From an uncultured Gammaproteobacteria bacterium (GTDB lineage Bacteria; Patescibacteriota; Patescibacteriia; Patescibacteriales; GWC2-42-12): a DNA stretch of 64,000 bases. Of this stretch, positions 36,565-44,979 are shown one piece after another. The translations under genes were made by a program, and so were the position numbers. The notes below the pieces were generated by a model. The model was not told the DNA's origin. It saw only the letters and a program-made list of their open reading frames with translations, and searched no databases. Location of the stretch: assembly GCA_964560005.1 (NCBI GenBank), contig CAZLKB010000003.1, positions 110,951 to 174,950 on the forward strand, written 5' to 3'. The number at the start of each line of letters is the position of its first letter. Within the stretch, counting starts at the first letter, position 1.

Positions 36565-38154
36565 CTATATTAAACTCCGTCCGGTCATTTCCGCCGGTTT
36601 ATCCAAGCCCATTACTTTTAGAATCGTCGGCGCCACATCAGATAAGATGCCTTGAGGCTGAACCAGACTTAAATCTCCGCCAGGCGCGTCACCCAGCGAC
36701 AAGCTCTTGCCTTCATAAGATTTACCAATAATAATAAACGGCACCGGATTAGCCGAGTGCTCTTTATCTATCATGCCGGTTTGCATATTAAACAGGCCTT
36801 CGGCATTGCCATGATCCGCGGTAATAAATAACATGCCGGACTTGCTTAAAACGGATTTCACGATTCTGCCAAGGCATTTATCCACCGTTTCCACGGCCTT
36901 AACCGTGGCTTTTAAGTTGCCGGTGTGGCCGACCATATCGGCATTGGCGAAATTTATCAAAATGAAATCGTAACTATCCTTTCCAACCGCCTCAACTACT
37001 TTATCCGTAATCGATAGAGCCGACATTTCCGGCTGAATATCATAGCTGGAAACCGCCGGGGATGAAATTAATATATGGTCTTCGCCTTTAGACTTTTCTT
37101 CACGGCCGCCGTTAAAAAAATAAGTCACATGGGCGTATTTTTCCGTTTCCGCGATTCTTAACTGCTTTAATCCGGCCTTAGCCAGAACCTCTCCTAAGGT
37201 ACTCCGTAAAATTTCTGCCGGAAAGACTATCTCCATGGGCAAGCTGGCTTCATATTCGGCAAAACCGGCGAAATATATATTCAAATATTTTTCTCTCTTA
37301 AATTTTTCAAAACCGGGCAGAACTAAGGCCTTGGTCAGCTGGCGCGCCCGGTCAGGGCGATAATTAAAAAATATAACCGCGTCGCCGTCTTCTATTTTAG
37401 CTATGGGTTCTTTATCTTCGGTGATTACCGTCGGCATGAATTCCTCGTCATAAATTTTTTTCTTATAGCTGTCTAAAATCGCTTTCTTTACGGACTCATT
37501 TTTTTCTCCCAAGCCTCGCACCATCACATCATACGACTTAGCCGTCCTGTCCCAATGATTGTCCCGATCCATGGCGTAAAATCTTCCGTGAAGCGAAGCG
37601 ATTTTCCCATCGGTGCCTTCCAAAGATTTTTCAATTTCTTGAATAAAATTCAAGCCGGAATTAAAAGGCGTGTCCCGGCCGTCTAAAATCGCGTGGATAA
37701 AAAAATTCTTCACTTTATTATCCTGAGCCAGGTTAATCAGCGCTTGAAGATGCTCCAGTGAAGAATGAACGCTGCCCGAAGAAACCAAACCGATAAAATG
37801 CAGCTTTGAATTGTTATTTTTTACCCGCTCAATCGCTTTCAGCAAAACTTTATTCTTATAAAAACTTCGGTCGGCTATCGCTTTATTAATTCTGGGTAGG
37901 TTTTGATAGAGAATTCTCCCCAATCCCAAATTGAGGTGGCCGACTTCGCTATTGCCCGATTCGCCCCAAGGCAAACCCACGCCTTCGCCCGAAGCCACTA
38001 GAGTAGCTGAAGGATATTTGGTTAAATAACCGTTGATATTCGGCGTATTCGCCTGGCTGATGGCATTGCCGGAATAGGGAGTGGTTATACCCCAGCCGTC
38101 AAGCACTATCAACACCACGGGCTTAGGACGGGTTGATTGTTGTTGATCTGCCAT
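36565..38154 (-). CDS. gpmI: 2,3-bisphosphoglycerate-independent phosphoglycerate mutase, paralogue 1
   Basis: LIVLDGWG, GNSEVGHLNLG (catalytic Ser), FANADMVGHTGN, TADHGNAE. Confidence 0.9.
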   Translation of the reverse strand: MADQQQSTRPKPVVLIVLDGWGITTPYSGNAISQANTPNINGYLTKYPSATLVASGEGVGLPWGESGNSEVGHLNLGLGRILYQNLPRINKAIADRSFYKNKVLLKAIERVKNNNSKLHFIGLVSSGSVHSSLEHLQALINLAQDNKVKNFFIHAILDGRDTPFNSGLNFIQEIEKSLEGTDGKIASLHGRFYAMDRDNHWDRTAKSYDVMVRGLGEKNESVKKAILDSYKKKIYDEEFMPTVITEDKEPIAKIEDGDAVIFFNYRPDRARQLTKALVLPGFEKFKREKYLNIYFAGFAEYEASLPMEIVFPAEILRSTLGEVLAKAGLKQLRIAETEKYAHVTYFFNGGREEKSKGEDHILISSPAVSSYDIQPEMSALSITDKVVEAVGKDSYDFILINFANADMVGHTGNLKATVKAVETVDKCLGRIVKSVLSKSGMLFITADHGNAEGLFNMQTGMIDKEHSANPVPFIIIGKSYEGKSLSLGDAPGGDLSLVQPQGILSDVAPTILKVMGLDKPAEMTGRSLI

Positions 38155-38283
38155 AATAAAATAAATTTTTAATTTTTAATTTTATAAATAATACTAAAAT
38201 TTTTAATATAAAAATTAAGATATTAAAAATTATTTACAATATTAAAAATTATTTACAAAATTAAAAATTATAAAAATTAAAAA
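38155..38283. repeat. AT-rich inverted-repeat spacer element (aaaatta dialect)
   Basis: aatttttaatttttaattttataaataat pairs with attatttacaaaattaaaaattataaaaattaaaaatt. It lies between the two gpmI paralogues. Confidence 0.75.
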
Positions 38284-39867
38284 TTATTTTATTAAGCTCT
38301 TTCCAGTCATCTCCGCCGGCTTTTTAATATTTAATAATTCCAGTATGGTCGGCGCGATATCACCCAAGACTCCATTGCTTCTCAATTTAGTTTTTTTATC
38401 AATTCTATTATTTATTAAAATAAAAGGCACCGGATTGGTTGAATGTTCGGTATTGATTTCGCCGGTTTTTAAATTAATCATCTCTTCAATATTGCCATGA
38501 TCAGCCGTCACTAAAATCGTGCCGTTAACGCTTAGATAAGCCTTAACTATTTCTCCTAAATACTTATCAACTTCGTGGCAGCTTTTTACCCCGGCAGCCA
38601 GGTTACCCGTATGGCTTATCATGTCCGGCGCGGCAAAATTCAAAACGGTAAATTCGTAATTATGCTTGCCTAGATTTTTTATAACCTCCCTGGCCAATTT
38701 CTCCGAGCTCATGGCCGGAGTTATATCATATGATTTTACATCCGGTGAAGGAATCACCAGCCTGGCTTCCCGGGCGACCGGATCGGCATAGCCACCGTTA
38801 AAAAAATAAGTCACATGAGCGTATTTTTCCGTTTCGGCCAGATAGAGCTGTTTTAAATTCATTAACTGCATTGGCAGCGTCTGTTTTATATCTACGCTTG
38901 GGTAAGCGGTTAAAATATTATCTAAATCCGGCCCGAAATCAGTCATGGCCACGAATAATAAATCTTTCAAATTCTTCTTTCTGATAAAAGAGCCGGGGTT
39001 TAATTTATTGAAATCTTTCTGTACAAAAACCTTGGCGAATTGTCTGGCCCGATCAGACCTTAAATTAAAAAAAATAACGCTGTCGCCGCTGCCGATCCTG
39101 GGCAAAGGCTTGCCGTTCCTAGTTATAATATAGGGCTCAATAAATTCATCGCTCAAGCCCCGGTTATAGCTTTCGGTGATAGCGGCTTGGGCGCTTTCCG
39201 CTTTCCTGCCGATGCCGCTGGTTAATGCTTCATAGGCCTGTTCGGTTCTGGCCCAAGCCTTCTTCCTGTCCATGGCGTAGAATCTGCCGATGATGCTAGC
39301 AATGGCTTCGCCGTTCTTAAAAACTTTTTGAATATCATCAACTAATTTTAAAGCGGCATATTGAGGCGAATCGCGGCCATCGGTAAATAAATGCAAATAG
39401 ACTTCCTTTATTTTATTTATTTTTACGAAAGACAATAAAGCCAGCAGGTGATCCGGATCGCTATGCGCGCTCATACCGTTGGAGATCATGCCCATTAGAT
39501 GAAGCCTGGATTTATTTTTGTTGACATGGCGGATAGCTTCTCGGAAACTCGTATTTTTAAAAAATGTGCCTTCGTTGATGCTTTTTGATATTTTAACCAC
39601 ATCCTGCTCAACGATTCTGCCGGCGCCGATATTCATATGCCCGGCTTCGGAGTTGCCGGCTTGCAACGGCGGCAAACCGACCTCTTTGCCGGAAGCGCTA
39701 AGAATTGTATTGGGATATTTTTTGATCAGTCCGTCCATGGTCGGGGTCTTGGCTAAAGAGACGGCATTGCCCTGGCTCGGTTTGGCTATGCCCCAACCGT
39801 CAAGGATAACTAGAATCATGGGTAGATTATTCTTCAATGATTTATACTCATTTCCATGTTTTATCAT
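38284..39867 (-). CDS. gpmI: 2,3-bisphosphoglycerate-independent phosphoglycerate mutase, paralogue 2
   Basis: LVILDGWG, GNSEAGHMNIG, FAAPDMISHTGN, TADHGNIE. Roughly half the residues are identical to paralogue 1 by eye. Confidence 0.9.
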   Translation of the reverse strand: MIKHGNEYKSLKNNLPMILVILDGWGIAKPSQGNAVSLAKTPTMDGLIKKYPNTILSASGKEVGLPPLQAGNSEAGHMNIGAGRIVEQDVVKISKSINEGTFFKNTSFREAIRHVNKNKSRLHLMGMISNGMSAHSDPDHLLALLSFVKINKIKEVYLHLFTDGRDSPQYAALKLVDDIQKVFKNGEAIASIIGRFYAMDRKKAWARTEQAYEALTSGIGRKAESAQAAITESYNRGLSDEFIEPYIITRNGKPLPRIGSGDSVIFFNLRSDRARQFAKVFVQKDFNKLNPGSFIRKKNLKDLLFVAMTDFGPDLDNILTAYPSVDIKQTLPMQLMNLKQLYLAETEKYAHVTYFFNGGYADPVAREARLVIPSPDVKSYDITPAMSSEKLAREVIKNLGKHNYEFTVLNFAAPDMISHTGNLAAGVKSCHEVDKYLGEIVKAYLSVNGTILVTADHGNIEEMINLKTGEINTEHSTNPVPFILINNRIDKKTKLRSNGVLGDIAPTILELLNIKKPAEMTGKSLIK

Positions 39868-40013
39868 AATTACACAAAATTTTCAATTTTTAATTTTTAA
39901 TTTCTAAACAATGATTCAATGTCTAAATTTTTAAACCGAATTAGATAGACATTTGAAAATTGAAAATTAATTCATTGAAAATTGTTTAAAAATTGAGAAT
40001 TGAAAATTGAAAA
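39868..40013. repeat. AT-rich inverted-repeat spacer element (gaaaatt dialect, conserved core)
   Basis: aatttctaaacaatgattcaatgtctaaattttt ... cattgaaaattaattcattgaaaattgtttaaaaattgagaattgaaaattgaaaatt. Near-identical cores occur at 42138-42280 and 58150-58313. Confidence 0.85.
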
Positions 40014-41321
40014 TTATTTTATATTTTCCTCAATCTCCATTAATCTATTATATTTCGCCAATCTCTCGCCTCTGGATAAGGAGCCGGCCTTGATATAATC
40101 GGCTTGAACCGCCACGGCCAAGTCGGCGATAAAGTCGTCCGTGGTTTCTCCGGAACGATGCGAAATAATGATTTTATAGTTATGCCTTTGAGCCAGCTTA
40201 ATGCAAGCGATAGTTTCCGATAAGGTACCGACTTGATTGGGTTTTATTAAAATAGCGTTGGCGGAGTTTTCTTTTAAGCCTCGCCTTAAGCGCTCAACAT
40301 TGGTAACGAATAAATCATCTCCTACCAGCATTAATCTGTCACCCAGCTCCTTATTTAATTTTTGCCAGCCGGCCCAATCGTCTTCAGCCAAAGGATCTTC
40401 AATGAAAATAATCGGGTATCTTCTAAACCATTCGGCATATAGACCGGACAAGGTGCCGGCCGTGAAGCTGGCCTGATCCAGCTTAAAGATATACTTGCCG
40501 TCTGCTTTATTATAAAGCTGGGACGAACCGACATCTATGCCCAAATTAACCTCTTCGCCCGGTTTATAGTTTGATTTAATAATCGCCGTCATGATTAATT
40601 CTATGGCCTGGATGCTGGAGGTCATATCGGGCGCGTAGCCGCCCTCACTGCCAACATCAGTATCGTATCCGGCCCGCTTCAAGATAACGCCCAAAGTATG
40701 AAAAATCTCCGCGCCCATCCTTACTTGTTCGCTTAGACTGGTATTCTTGGTAGGAATTATCATAAATTCCTGAAAATCCAAATTAGTGTCAGCGTGTTTT
40801 CCGCCGTTAAAAATATTAAAACAAGGAGTAGGTAATTTTACCCCCTTTAACAAAGGCCCGTCTCGCTTGGCGGGAGCCGAGGCGGAGGGTGAGGGGGATT
40901 TAAAGGCAAATTTATCGGCGATATATTCATAAAGCTCTTCATTGTTTGCTAAGGCGCCGGCGCGAGCGCAAGCTAGCGACACGGACAGAACCGCATTAGC
41001 GCCTAACTTGCTCTTATTCTTGGTGCCGTCCAGTTTAATCATCAATTCATCTATCTTTTCTTGTTTACCAATATCAAAACCCGCCAGCTTCGGCGCGATT
41101 TTCTTTTCAACATTTTTTACGGCATTTAATACTCCCAGACCGCCATATCTTTTTTTGTCCCCGTCGCGCAATTCTAAAGCTTCATGTACGCCGGTGGACG
41201 CCCCCGACGGCACGCCGGCCTTTGTCCACAAACCATTGTCCAGCATCACTTTAGCTTCAACCGTGGGGTTGCCTCGCGAATCTAAAATTTCGCGAGCTGA
41301 AATTTTTTTAATTTTAGGCAT
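40014..41321 (-). CDS. eno: enolase, with about 20-aa GC-hairpin-derived insertion
   Basis: MPKIKKISAREILDSRGNPTVEA, FNIFNGGKHAD, SHRSGETTD, IKAGSLSRGERLAKYN. Confidence 0.95.
   Translation of the reverse strand: MPKIKKISAREILDSRGNPTVEAKVMLDNGLWTKAGVPSGASTGVHEALELRDGDKKRYGGLGVLNAVKNVEKKIAPKLAGFDIGKQEKIDELMIKLDGTKNKSKLGANAVLSVSLACARAGALANNEELYEYIADKFAFKSPSPSASAPAKRDGPLLKGVKLPTPCFNIFNGGKHADTNLDFQEFMIIPTKNTSLSEQVRMGAEIFHTLGVILKRAGYDTDVGSEGGYAPDMTSSIQAIELIMTAIIKSNYKPGEEVNLGIDVGSSQLYNKADGKYIFKLDQASFTAGTLSGLYAEWFRRYPIIFIEDPLAEDDWAGWQKLNKELGDRLMLVGDDLFVTNVERLRRGLKENSANAILIKPNQVGTLSETIACIKLAQRHNYKIIISHRSGETTDDFIADLAVAVQADYIKAGSLSRGERLAKYNRLMEIEENIK
40842..40901. repeat. GC-rich hairpin repeat inside eno CDS
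   Basis: The minus-strand sequence tccgcctcggctcccgccaagcgagacgggcc matches the intergenic tccgcctcggcttcgcctttaggcgagacgggcc at 2842-2875. It encodes KSPSPSASAPAKRDGPLLKG. Confidence 0.7.
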
Positions 41322-41378
41322 AAAAAATTATGTCATAGCGAAAAGCAACGACAAGTTTAATAATTCATTATAAGCCGG

Positions 41379-42137
41379 CTACAAAATTTCGTATTCAACC
41401 GTGGCGATTATTATGATTTCATTGCTGCCGGCTTCAATAGCCGGAGAAACCCCGCCGGCCGAGACTGATTTTTCCATCAACCGATAATTATCATAATATG
41501 GGGTTGGCGGCTGGGTAGCTGATTCGCTGAAAGAAATTATATTCCCCAGCTTGACGCCCACGACTTTCGCTAAAGCGTCGGCTTTTTCCTTGGCTTGCTT
41601 AATGGCCATTTCCCTGGCCTGCTGTTTTAATATTTCCGGCTGATCAATTTCAAACGACAAATTGCCAATCTGATTCATGCCAATCTGCCCGGCCGCGTCT
41701 AAAATTTGACTGACCTTATCCAAGTCTCTAACCTTGATGCTTAAATCCTGGCTAACCGTATAGCCTTTTAAAATTTGGCGGCCGCTGGTCCAATCATACT
41801 GCGGCGAGATGGAATAATTTAAAGTTTTAATATCCAGCGGATCAATTTTAAAATCTTTTTTTAATTTTTCCACCATGCCGTTCATCTTGGTGGTATTGTC
41901 GGTTTGCGCCGCGGCCACGGTATTTTTTAATATGGAATAGCCCAGTTGGATTTTCGCCACATCGGGAACAGCGGTTACTTTGCCTTCTCCCGCCATACTA
42001 ATAGAGTGCGGAGTTTTTGGGCTAACTCCAATATAATCATGCGCTTTAACCGCATTCCAGCTTAAAAGAGCCAAATAAATTGAGCCCAGCGTTAAAAAAA
42101 CACCGATAAAGATTGTCACGATTTTGTTTGGAATCAT
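41379..42137 (-). CDS. SIMPL-domain (DUF541) periplasmic protein
   Basis: N-terminal anchor, GEGKVTAVPDVAKIQLGYS and C-terminal IEAGSNEIIIIATVEYEI, typical of the SIMPL/26-kDa periplasmic immunogenic protein family. Trimmed to ATG. Confidence 0.7.
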   Translation of the reverse strand: MIPNKIVTIFIGVFLTLGSIYLALLSWNAVKAHDYIGVSPKTPHSISMAGEGKVTAVPDVAKIQLGYSILKNTVAAAQTDNTTKMNGMVEKLKKDFKIDPLDIKTLNYSISPQYDWTSGRQILKGYTVSQDLSIKVRDLDKVSQILDAAGQIGMNQIGNLSFEIDQPEILKQQAREMAIKQAKEKADALAKVVGVKLGNIISFSESATQPPTPYYDNYRLMEKSVSAGGVSPAIEAGSNEIIIIATVEYEIL

Positions 42138-42280
42138 AAAATTAATTTTCAATTTTCAATTTCTAATTTCTAAACAATGATTTAATGTCTTAATTTTCAA
42201 ACAATGCTATTTTCATCATTGAAAATTAATTCATTGAAAATTGTTTGAAAATTGAAAATTATAAATTGAAAATTTTATTA
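42138..42280. repeat. AT-rich inverted-repeat spacer element (gaaaatt dialect, conserved core)
   Basis: aatttctaaacaatgatttaatgtcttaattttcaaaca ... cattgaaaattaattcattgaaaattgtttgaaaattgaaaatt. Confidence 0.85.
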
Positions 42281-42325
42281 TTTAAAATATTAAAATTTTA
42301 TAAGATACTTTATCTATGTTTTCCA

Positions 42326-43477
42326 CTATTTCACAATCCCCTTAAGCCCGGGCATGGGCTCGCCGCCCAAGAAAGCCAGCATGGCGCCGCCACCGGTAGA
42401 AACCCAATCAATAAAATTTTCCATTTTCGTAAGCTTCACCGCCTCAATAGTTTCTCCGCCGCCAACAACGCCGAAAGCCTGGCCGGTGGAACGAGCGGCG
42501 ACCAGTCGGGCAACGGATAAAGTGCCGTGCTTAAAATGTTCGTTTTCAAAATAACCCAACGGGCCGTTCCAAATAAGAGTGTTAGCCTGCTTAATATAGT
42601 GCGCGAACAACCTAACGGTTTTAGGGCCGATATCTAAAATTATATCATTTTTTTCCACTCGGGATACCGTTTTAACCCAAACCCGGCCGCCTTTTATTTT
42701 CTTAGCTACGACAACATCAACCGGCAAAATAATGTTCCGATGCCGCTTAATTAAGCCGGCCGCCAGGCTGACGCTATTTTTATCGGCTAAAGATTTTCCG
42801 ATTTTATAACCATGAGCGGCGATAAAATTATTCGCCAAGGCGCCGCCGATTAAAACCCGGTACGATTTTTTCGCTAAGCTGTTTAATAAAACAATCTTAG
42901 TCCCTATCTTAGCGCCGCCGATAATTGAAATTAAGGGCTGCTTCGGCTTTAAAACTTTTTCTAAATTTAAAATCTCTTTTTCCAGGAGAAGGCCGGCGTA
43001 ACCGGGTAAATATTTTTTAATCGCTTGAACCGTAGCATGATTGCGGTGGCAGACGGCGAAGGCGTCGTTAACATAAATATCAGCCAGTTCGGCCAGGTTT
43101 CTGGCGAATCTTTTATCATTTTTTTCTTCGCCTTGGTTTAATCGCAAATTATCTAAAAGTATGATCCGTCCGTCTTTTTGATTAACCGACTCTATAACCT
43201 TCTCATTTAAACCGCCTGGTATGAATATGACTTTCTCGCCCAATAGCTCCGATAATCTCTTGGCTATCGGTTTGGCCGTGGCTTTTTCGTCAGTCAGATG
43301 GCTGGCTATGATTAACCGGCAATTATGCCTTAATAAATAACGAATCGTCGGCAAGGTCATGACAATTTTATATTCATCCTTGATTTCCCTGCTCTTAATG
43401 GGTACATTAAAATCAACGCGTAAAAAGACGGTTTTAGAGGTTAAATTCTTTATTTGTCTAATGGATTTAACTACCAT
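42326..43477 (-). CDS. pgk: phosphoglycerate kinase
   Basis: FLRVDFNVP, IIGGAKIGTKI, WNGPLGYFE, GGGETI. Start set at the ATG (MVVKSIRQ) that lies 13 nt downstream of an extended -10 element. Confidence 0.9.
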   Translation of the reverse strand: MVVKSIRQIKNLTSKTVFLRVDFNVPIKSREIKDEYKIVMTLPTIRYLLRHNCRLIIASHLTDEKATAKPIAKRLSELLGEKVIFIPGGLNEKVIESVNQKDGRIILLDNLRLNQGEEKNDKRFARNLAELADIYVNDAFAVCHRNHATVQAIKKYLPGYAGLLLEKEILNLEKVLKPKQPLISIIGGAKIGTKIVLLNSLAKKSYRVLIGGALANNFIAAHGYKIGKSLADKNSVSLAAGLIKRHRNIILPVDVVVAKKIKGGRVWVKTVSRVEKNDIILDIGPKTVRLFAHYIKQANTLIWNGPLGYFENEHFKHGTLSVARLVAARSTGQAFGVVGGGETIEAVKLTKMENFIDWVSTGGGAMLAFLGGEPMPGLKGIVK

Positions 43478-43490
43478 AAAGGTTGTTATT

Positions 43491-43499
43491 ATTATAACA
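43491..43499 (-). promoter_or_regulatory. extended -10 element (TGtTATAAT) just upstream of pgk ATG
   Basis: The reverse complement of attataaca (43491-43499) is tgttataat. The spacing leaves only about a 6-7 nt leader and no Shine-Dalgarno sequence. Confidence 0.4.
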
Positions 43500-43585
43500 T
43501 AAACCGTTAAAAACAAAAACCCATCCGACCAATTCGGCCAAACAGGTTATATTGTTTGATATCGAAAGCTTAAATTAAAGTTTTT

Positions 43586-44761
43586 TCATTTCAAGTCCCC
43601 TAAAATTATTCTAACCTCTTTTTCTACTCCATCGCGTAAAATTATTAAATTTATCGTTTCACCGCTTAAATGATCCTGGATAATATTCGTTAAGTCATGA
43701 TCTTTATCTAAAGCGGTTCCGTCAACGGAAACAATAATATCGCCCTCGCGCAAACCGGCTTTTTCGGCCGGACTGTTTTTCTTAACCGCCAAAACATTAT
43801 CCGCCTTATAAATAATCGCGCCTTTTTGCCAATAAATATTTTGACCGTTAACCTCAATTAAATCCGATAAATCAATATAACTAACGCCTAGGCTGGGCCG
43901 GCCGGCCGTCTGATTCTTAAATAGGCTTTTTATCACTCCGGTTAGATGGCTAAAAGGTTCAACCTCCCCCTTATCGTTGACCAACCCTAAAGCATCTCCG
44001 GCTAAATTAAAAATTATTGAACCTTTAAATTCCACGGGCAATTTTTCATTTAACGCCAGCTTCTCCGAAAAACTGTCGCTTGATTTTACTAGTCCCGCAG
44101 ATTGGCTGAAACCGGCCACCGAGGAAACCGAGTTTAAGCCCAGCCAGTTGACGGCTACCGCCAGACTGCCGTCTTTAACCGCTTGGCTTTCCGCGAATTT
44201 TCTCACCTTTAGATCTTTGGCCTGAACATGAATAAAATTAAAGGCTGTCAAATTATCGGCTACCGCCTTGTCTATCTCTAAAATTTTTTTATCTTTAGTA
44301 ATAACCACATAATCTTTATAATTTTTAACTAAGGCCAGGCTAGTCACTATCCAGCCGTCCGAGGTTAAAATAAACCCCTGCCCGCTCGACTCGTTCAATT
44401 TATAAAAATTTTCTATACGAAAAACCTTGTTTGGCGCGGCTGATTTTTGCTGGTCATCTTTAAGAACGATCTTTTTATAAATACCGACTAAGCTATCGCC
44501 CACTGAACCGATAATCTCATCAACTTTCGCGTCCTGCTGAACAATCACATTTTTGGCGTTGGCTATCACCAAGCCTTGGTCTAAATATTTTCCTTTGGAA
44601 AAATCCAAATCTCCGGAAAGCGGCCAGCCGAATAAAGGGTCAATAAAATAAGACCTGGCAATGATCGCTCCGACCAGGCCGCTGCCTAAACCAAAAATAC
44701 AAACCACTAATATTATGGCCACTAAATTATGTTTTTTAAAAAATTCTTTAAAACGCTTCAT
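43586..44761 (-). CDS. HtrA-like protein with PDZ domain but degenerate catalytic triad (probable pseudoprotease)
   Basis: GQGFILTSDGWIVTSLALV replaces G.GF....G.I.TN.HV (no His). FNLAGDALGLV replaces GNSGGPL (no Ser). The PDZ segment SPAEKAGLREGDIIVSVDG is intact. Confidence 0.7.
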   Translation of the reverse strand: MKRFKEFFKKHNLVAIILVVCIFGLGSGLVGAIIARSYFIDPLFGWPLSGDLDFSKGKYLDQGLVIANAKNVIVQQDAKVDEIIGSVGDSLVGIYKKIVLKDDQQKSAAPNKVFRIENFYKLNESSGQGFILTSDGWIVTSLALVKNYKDYVVITKDKKILEIDKAVADNLTAFNFIHVQAKDLKVRKFAESQAVKDGSLAVAVNWLGLNSVSSVAGFSQSAGLVKSSDSFSEKLALNEKLPVEFKGSIIFNLAGDALGLVNDKGEVEPFSHLTGVIKSLFKNQTAGRPSLGVSYIDLSDLIEVNGQNIYWQKGAIIYKADNVLAVKKNSPAEKAGLREGDIIVSVDGTALDKDHDLTNIIQDHLSGETINLIILRDGVEKEVRIILGDLK

Positions 44762-44815
44762 AGATTGCTGATTTTTTATTTTAGTAAATTTATTGCTATG
44801 AATTGTTGCTGCTAT

Positions 44816-44953
44816 TGATTTTTGTTTTGGCTAAATTGATTTATTTTTGAAGCGAGGCTTCGTCGTGAGCTCAGCCGAACGGACTGACCGGCTGGCACAT
44901 AAAGAATTTGATCCGCAGCGAAAAAATAAATCAATTTAGCCAAAACTCTACGA
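44816..44953. repeat. MITE-like inverted-repeat element, family B copy 2
   Basis: gttttggctaaattgatttatttttgaagc ... ggactgaccggctggcacataaagaatttgatccgcagcgaaaaaataaatcaatttagccaaaac. It is in the opposite orientation to copy 1 (21608-21768). Confidence 0.75.
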
Positions 44954-44979
44954 CTGCAATTTGCGCAATCCATAAATTA

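Noticed and set aside
39868-40013. Whether the gaaaatt / aaaatta / aaaatgt heptamer arrays could be CRISPR arrays.
   Set aside because: The repeats are 7 nt with no unique 25-40-nt spacers. The arrays are inverted repeats, and no cas genes are present.
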